Virus record (IMG/VR): IMGVR_UViG_3300015360_000004
Location: 1-60,283 of that record
Strand: one strand, 5' to 3'
Source of the DNA: a virus
Taxonomy: Duplodnaviria; Caudoviricetes
Length of the DNA: 60,283 bases
Both the position numbers and the translations under genes were made by a program. The notes below the pieces were generated by a model. It ran no database searches. It was given only the letters and a program-made list of their open reading frames with translations, and was not told the DNA's origin. Shown in pieces: positions 56,879 through 60,283 of the stretch (positions within the stretch are counted from its first letter, which is position 1; every line of letters begins with the position of its first letter).

Positions 56879-58087
56879 TTACCACTTGGTCTCGTCGGTC
56901 TGGCAGCCGGTCAGGATTTTGAACGCCCCGGCCTGTTTGACCATGGTGTCCAAGTCCACGAAGAGGGCGAGCCAGAGCTCATTGGTCTCGAAGGCGGTGC
57001 CGGCTTGGTCGGACGACTTCAGCTGCAAACCTCCCCAGGTGGCCATCACGAATTCGGCGAAGTTGCCCACGATGGTCTTGGCGCAGGAGGCGCCGGAAGT
57101 TCCATGGGTGTCGGCTTTCGTGATTTGGGTCGTGGCGGCGAACACCAGGCCGAGGAGGTCGGCCAGGACCTTGTCGCTCATCAGCGGGTTCACCAGGGGC
57201 TGCCCCTCGGTGTCACCGGAGAACTGGGCGACTCGTTCGCGCTTCAGTCCGCTCTTCACCCTGGGGTGAAGGATGAGACCGGAGGCGGCGTAGTCTGCGT
57301 CCTCGATGTCGGCCATCGCCTGCGCGATGCGGTCAACGGTCAGGCGGGCGCCGTTCGCGTTGATTTCGTCCGAGTCGATGGCGCTGGCATTGAACAAGCC
57401 GAGCGGCTCCTTCGTGTTGCCGAGGCCGTAGAGGCCTACCCGGTCCATTCCGAGCTTGACGCCTTCCAGCATCTTTTCGCGGACGATTTTCTCGGCTACG
57501 CCGGAAGTCTGCTGCATGAGCTTACCGCTCAGCTTCAGGAGCATGGAACCGGTCTTCGGGCGCATGATGCGTTCCCCGAAGGCGACCGCGCTCGCGGTGG
57601 CGGCTCCGCCCTCGCGAATCCAGGTCAGGGTGGGGCGGTCCGTGGACTCGGGGAACGGCAGGTCGCCCGAGAGCCCGTCGTACTTCGTGATGCCCAACTT
57701 GTCCAGGACCGTGTTGGCCATGGCGGGTCCGATGATTTCCTTGGCGATTTCGATGGGGACCAGGTAGCCGCCCTGAGCGCCCGTCAGGCCGTTCACGGTG
57801 GAGCGCTTGCGGGCGTCCTCGAAGACCTTCTTCTCGAAGTCCGCGCCGGTCCAGTCCTTGGTGTTGATGGCGATGGTGGCCTTGGCGAAGGAGAACTTCT
57901 CCTTTTCGTCTTCCACGCCGGGGAGGGAGACGTTGCGCTCCTTGATGCGGCTGGAGAGTTCCTTCAGTTCTGCGGAAAGGGGCTCAACTGCCTTCTTCGC
58001 CTCGGATTCGGTCTTGCCTTCGATGGTGACCAGGCGCTGCTCCGTCGAGGTGACGAAGTTCTCGAATTTCTTAATCAGTTCATCCAT
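56879..58087 (-). CDS. HK97-fold major capsid protein
   Basis: N-terminal coiled-coil delta domain, GGYLVP.E, WIREG, G.G...EPLGL, GNF. Confidence 0.95.
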   Translation of the reverse strand: MDELIKKFENFVTSTEQRLVTIEGKTESEAKKAVEPLSAELKELSSRIKERNVSLPGVEDEKEKFSFAKATIAINTKDWTGADFEKKVFEDARKRSTVNGLTGAQGGYLVPIEIAKEIIGPAMANTVLDKLGITKYDGLSGDLPFPESTDRPTLTWIREGGAATASAVAFGERIMRPKTGSMLLKLSGKLMQQTSGVAEKIVREKMLEGVKLGMDRVGLYGLGNTKEPLGLFNASAIDSDEINANGARLTVDRIAQAMADIEDADYAASGLILHPRVKSGLKRERVAQFSGDTEGQPLVNPLMSDKVLADLLGLVFAATTQITKADTHGTSGASCAKTIVGNFAEFVMATWGGLQLKSSDQAGTAFETNELWLALFVDLDTMVKQAGAFKILTGCQTDETKW

Positions 58088-58088
58088 G

Positions 58089-59336
58089 TTATTTCCTTAT
58101 TCCCTTCATTCGTTCGGTTGCGTTGTCCAGATATTTGCCGAGGGTTGCGGGGTCATACAGACCGCCTCCTTCGGAAGAGCCCGCTGGGACTTCCTCGGAG
58201 GTTGCGTCTTTAATTCCCTTGTCTTCCTCTTGGGGCTCATCGGCGCTCCCCCCAAGCAGTGAGTTCGCTTCTTCCAAAGCCTGCTCCAGGTAGGCCTGGA
58301 TGTTCTCGATGGATGCCTTGTTCTTTTTCGATAGAACGGCTCCGGCCTTCTGCTCCATGAAGGAGGCAAGGGCTTTTTCGATGTCGATGGGTTCTTGGGC
58401 CGCCGGTTGATTCGCGGAAACCAAATTCACGGTGACGTCGTATCCGGCTGCGGTCATTGCCTCGACGCTCTTGGCTACCTCTGCGGTGTACCCGGATACG
58501 TTGAGGGTGACGATGGATTTCTTCTTGCCAGGCACCGACTCGGGGGCAGGCTTTTCATCGAGGAGGAAGTTCGTGGCCGAAGTTGTGACAATAGTCGTTC
58601 CAACGACTTCTTCTGACGCGACCGACTCGTAGTCCTTCAGCGCCTGTTCGAACGCGGCCATCTCCTCGGCAGGGAGGAACTTGTTCGTCCGGAGGGTGTC
58701 TACCGCTTTCTGGGTGAACATTCCCTTGCGGACGGCTTCCTGGGTTGAGTTCGGGTTCGCGGGAAGCGGGGTGATGCTGTATTCCAGCAACTCCGTCTCG
58801 TCGTAGATGTACCCGTACTGGCTCATGCCGAGCTTCTTGCGCTCGTCTTCGCTTGGATTCCTGACCTTCTTGACCATGAACCCGATGGAGCCGGTGCGAA
58901 TTACCCCTGCGGCGGCCATCCTGAAGCAGGTCTCGGCGAATCCGGTGGTGTCGACCTGGTCATCCAGGAAGAGGACCTGACCCATGACCGCGTCGCGTTC
59001 GCCGTCGTACCAGCATTTGAGCGTGGCTCCGATGGGGAAACGGGAGGAGTCGTGGAAGCCGAGGACGATGGGATTGCCCATGTAGTTGTCCAGCTTTACG
59101 CCGGACGGTATCACCTTGTCTCCATAGCGGTCCACGGTGGCGTCCGTGTAGCGGTACTGGATGACCCGGCTTTCGTACCCAGGCCGGTATTCCACTCCGA
59201 CGGACTTACAGAGCGTCATGCACTCCTCTACCGTCATGGTAACCCGTGCGTTCTCCGTGGAGGTGAAGGCGCGGACCTGGAGGCCGGTGGTGGCCTCCTT
59301 CTTCGTTCTCATGTTTTCGGGCTGGGTCTGCTTCAT
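58089..59336 (-). CDS. Prohead protease with a C-terminal extension
   Basis: VDRYGD, NPIVLGFHD, SIGF, ELLEYSITPLPANP; KAGAVLSKKN tail. Confidence 0.92.
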   Translation of the reverse strand: MKQTQPENMRTKKEATTGLQVRAFTSTENARVTMTVEECMTLCKSVGVEYRPGYESRVIQYRYTDATVDRYGDKVIPSGVKLDNYMGNPIVLGFHDSSRFPIGATLKCWYDGERDAVMGQVLFLDDQVDTTGFAETCFRMAAAGVIRTGSIGFMVKKVRNPSEDERKKLGMSQYGYIYDETELLEYSITPLPANPNSTQEAVRKGMFTQKAVDTLRTNKFLPAEEMAAFEQALKDYESVASEEVVGTTIVTTSATNFLLDEKPAPESVPGKKKSIVTLNVSGYTAEVAKSVEAMTAAGYDVTVNLVSANQPAAQEPIDIEKALASFMEQKAGAVLSKKNKASIENIQAYLEQALEEANSLLGGSADEPQEEDKGIKDATSEEVPAGSSEGGGLYDPATLGKYLDNATERMKGIRK

Positions 59337-59346
59337 CTTGCCTCCT

Positions 59347-59646
59347 TTATCGGCCGAAGTACATTCTGCGTTGTTTGAAGGGGACGACGTACTCGCCGCT
59401 GCCGGGCGCCTTTGCCCGCTCTTCGAGGTCGTCCTCGTCTTCGTCCTCGTCCTCGTCTTCTGGGTCCGGGCCGGGGTTGTGCGGGTTGAAGGTCGGAATG
59501 GCGGAGGCGACGTCCAGCTCTCGGTTCTCGGCTACCGGCCCTTCGACAGTCTCTTCTGCGTCGGCTTCGACGGTTTTCTTCTCGGCGGACTTAGTCGAGA
59601 TGACCTTCCGCACCATCTTCTGTTTATGCATCGATATTCCCTTCAA
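59347..59646 (-). CDS. Small acidic hypothetical protein
   Basis: EDEDEDEDEDD tract; lies between portal-MuF and the protease. Confidence 0.65.
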   Translation of the reverse strand: MKGISMHKQKMVRKVISTKSAEKKTVEADAEETVEGPVAENRELDVASAIPTFNPHNPGPDPEDEDEDEDEDDLEERAKAPGSGEYVVPFKQRRMYFGR

Positions 59647-59652
59647 TTTGGT

Positions 59653-60283
59653 TCAGTCGTCTTTTACGGCGAGCGCCACGCAGCGACAGTTGATGATGTT
59701 CCCTGCGGCGCCGTGGGGGTCGCTCGGGTGACGAAGCCCGGTCGAGAAGGACTTGCCTACCTCGACGATTTCCCCGTCCGCGTGCTTGTGGTCGAATTCC
59801 CCGTCCCGTACCGACTCATCGCGCGCGGTGAGCCACTCGTGCCGGAGGATGCCCTCCTTCTCGAAGATGGACTGGCGGGTCTGGGATGAGATGGTCGCGG
59901 TCTCAGTGCGGGCGATGGTCTGTGAATGCGAGACCCTGCTTTGCATGGTGTCCTTGATTGCATCCTTAATCTTGCGCCCCAGCTCGGGGATGGTCATGTT
60001 CTGCGACACGCCCTCGGTGATGGCCGTGCCGATGGCGTCCCGTGCCATCTCATTAGTGAATAGGTTGACCTGGGTGATGAAGGTGAGGCGGCTGCGGAGG
60101 AACTTGTCGACGTAGGGCGAGTTGATGTTCCAGTTGACCAGGTCCCCGATTTCGGAGGATACCTTGGCGGCCTGAGACTCAACCGACTTGTGGTATAGGG
60201 GTTTCGCGGCCTCCTTGAGCAGCTTGTCCTCGCCTGCACGGGTAAGCAGGAAGTCGGATGCCTTCAGGTTCGCGTCACGCTTC
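59653..60283 (-). CDS. MuF / SPP1 gp7 head morphogenesis domain, C-terminal part of the portal fusion
   Basis: IARTET, W..ARD..VR, H...DG, P.DP.G.A.NIINCRC; frame stays open to the contig end. Confidence 0.9.
   Translation of the reverse strand, partial: KRDANLKASDFLLTRAGEDKLLKEAAKPLYHKSVESQAAKVSSEIGDLVNWNINSPYVDKFLRSRLTFITQVNLFTNEMARDAIGTAITEGVSQNMTIPELGRKIKDAIKDTMQSRVSHSQTIARTETATISSQTRQSIFEKEGILRHEWLTARDESVRDGEFDHKHADGEIVEVGKSFSTGLRHPSDPHGAAGNIINCRCVALAVKDD

Noticed and set aside
60220-60283. 64-bp terminal repeat as a biological direct terminal repeat
   Set aside because: It falls mid-gene in the portal fusion and has the form of an assembler overlap

Overview
The window is a complete, circularly assembled genome of a temperate tailed dsDNA phage with siphovirus-like architecture. 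It has 60,219 unique bp: bases 1-64 repeat exactly at 60220-60283, and the break lies inside the portal gene. Almost every gene is on the minus strand. In transcription order, the late block runs terS, four inserted genes, terL, a portal fused to a MuF/SPP1-gp7 domain (spanning the contig join), protease, HK97-fold capsid, neck, tail tube, chaperone with a -1 frameshift, tape measure, tail tip and fibre. A replication block follows: SNF2 helicase, RuvC-like nuclease, phosphoesterase, ThyA, PD-(D/E)XK nuclease, DUF5664 hydrolase, dUTPase, dCMP deaminase, AAA ATPase, SSB, PolA and primase-helicase. A long accessory region holds an SLT lysin, an ECF-like sigma factor, an RNA ligase and many small ORFs. 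It also contains a lysogeny module: regulator, Vsr, two lipoproteins, an attP matching a tRNA-Cys 3' end, and a tyrosine integrase. The most striking signals are non-coding. (1) An RNA cassette at 27.3-28.0 kb places a small basic protein gene between a type II hammerhead ribozyme candidate, with an extra hairpin in its core, and a kissing-loop RNA. (2) A 16-bp palindromic site, RYRAT-N6-ATYRY, recurs at about 15 intergenic positions. (3) Two homologous AT-rich palindromes of about 90-100 bp sit at the heads of the late and replication operons. All calls were made by eye from motifs; no database searches or folding programs were run, and the host cannot be named.
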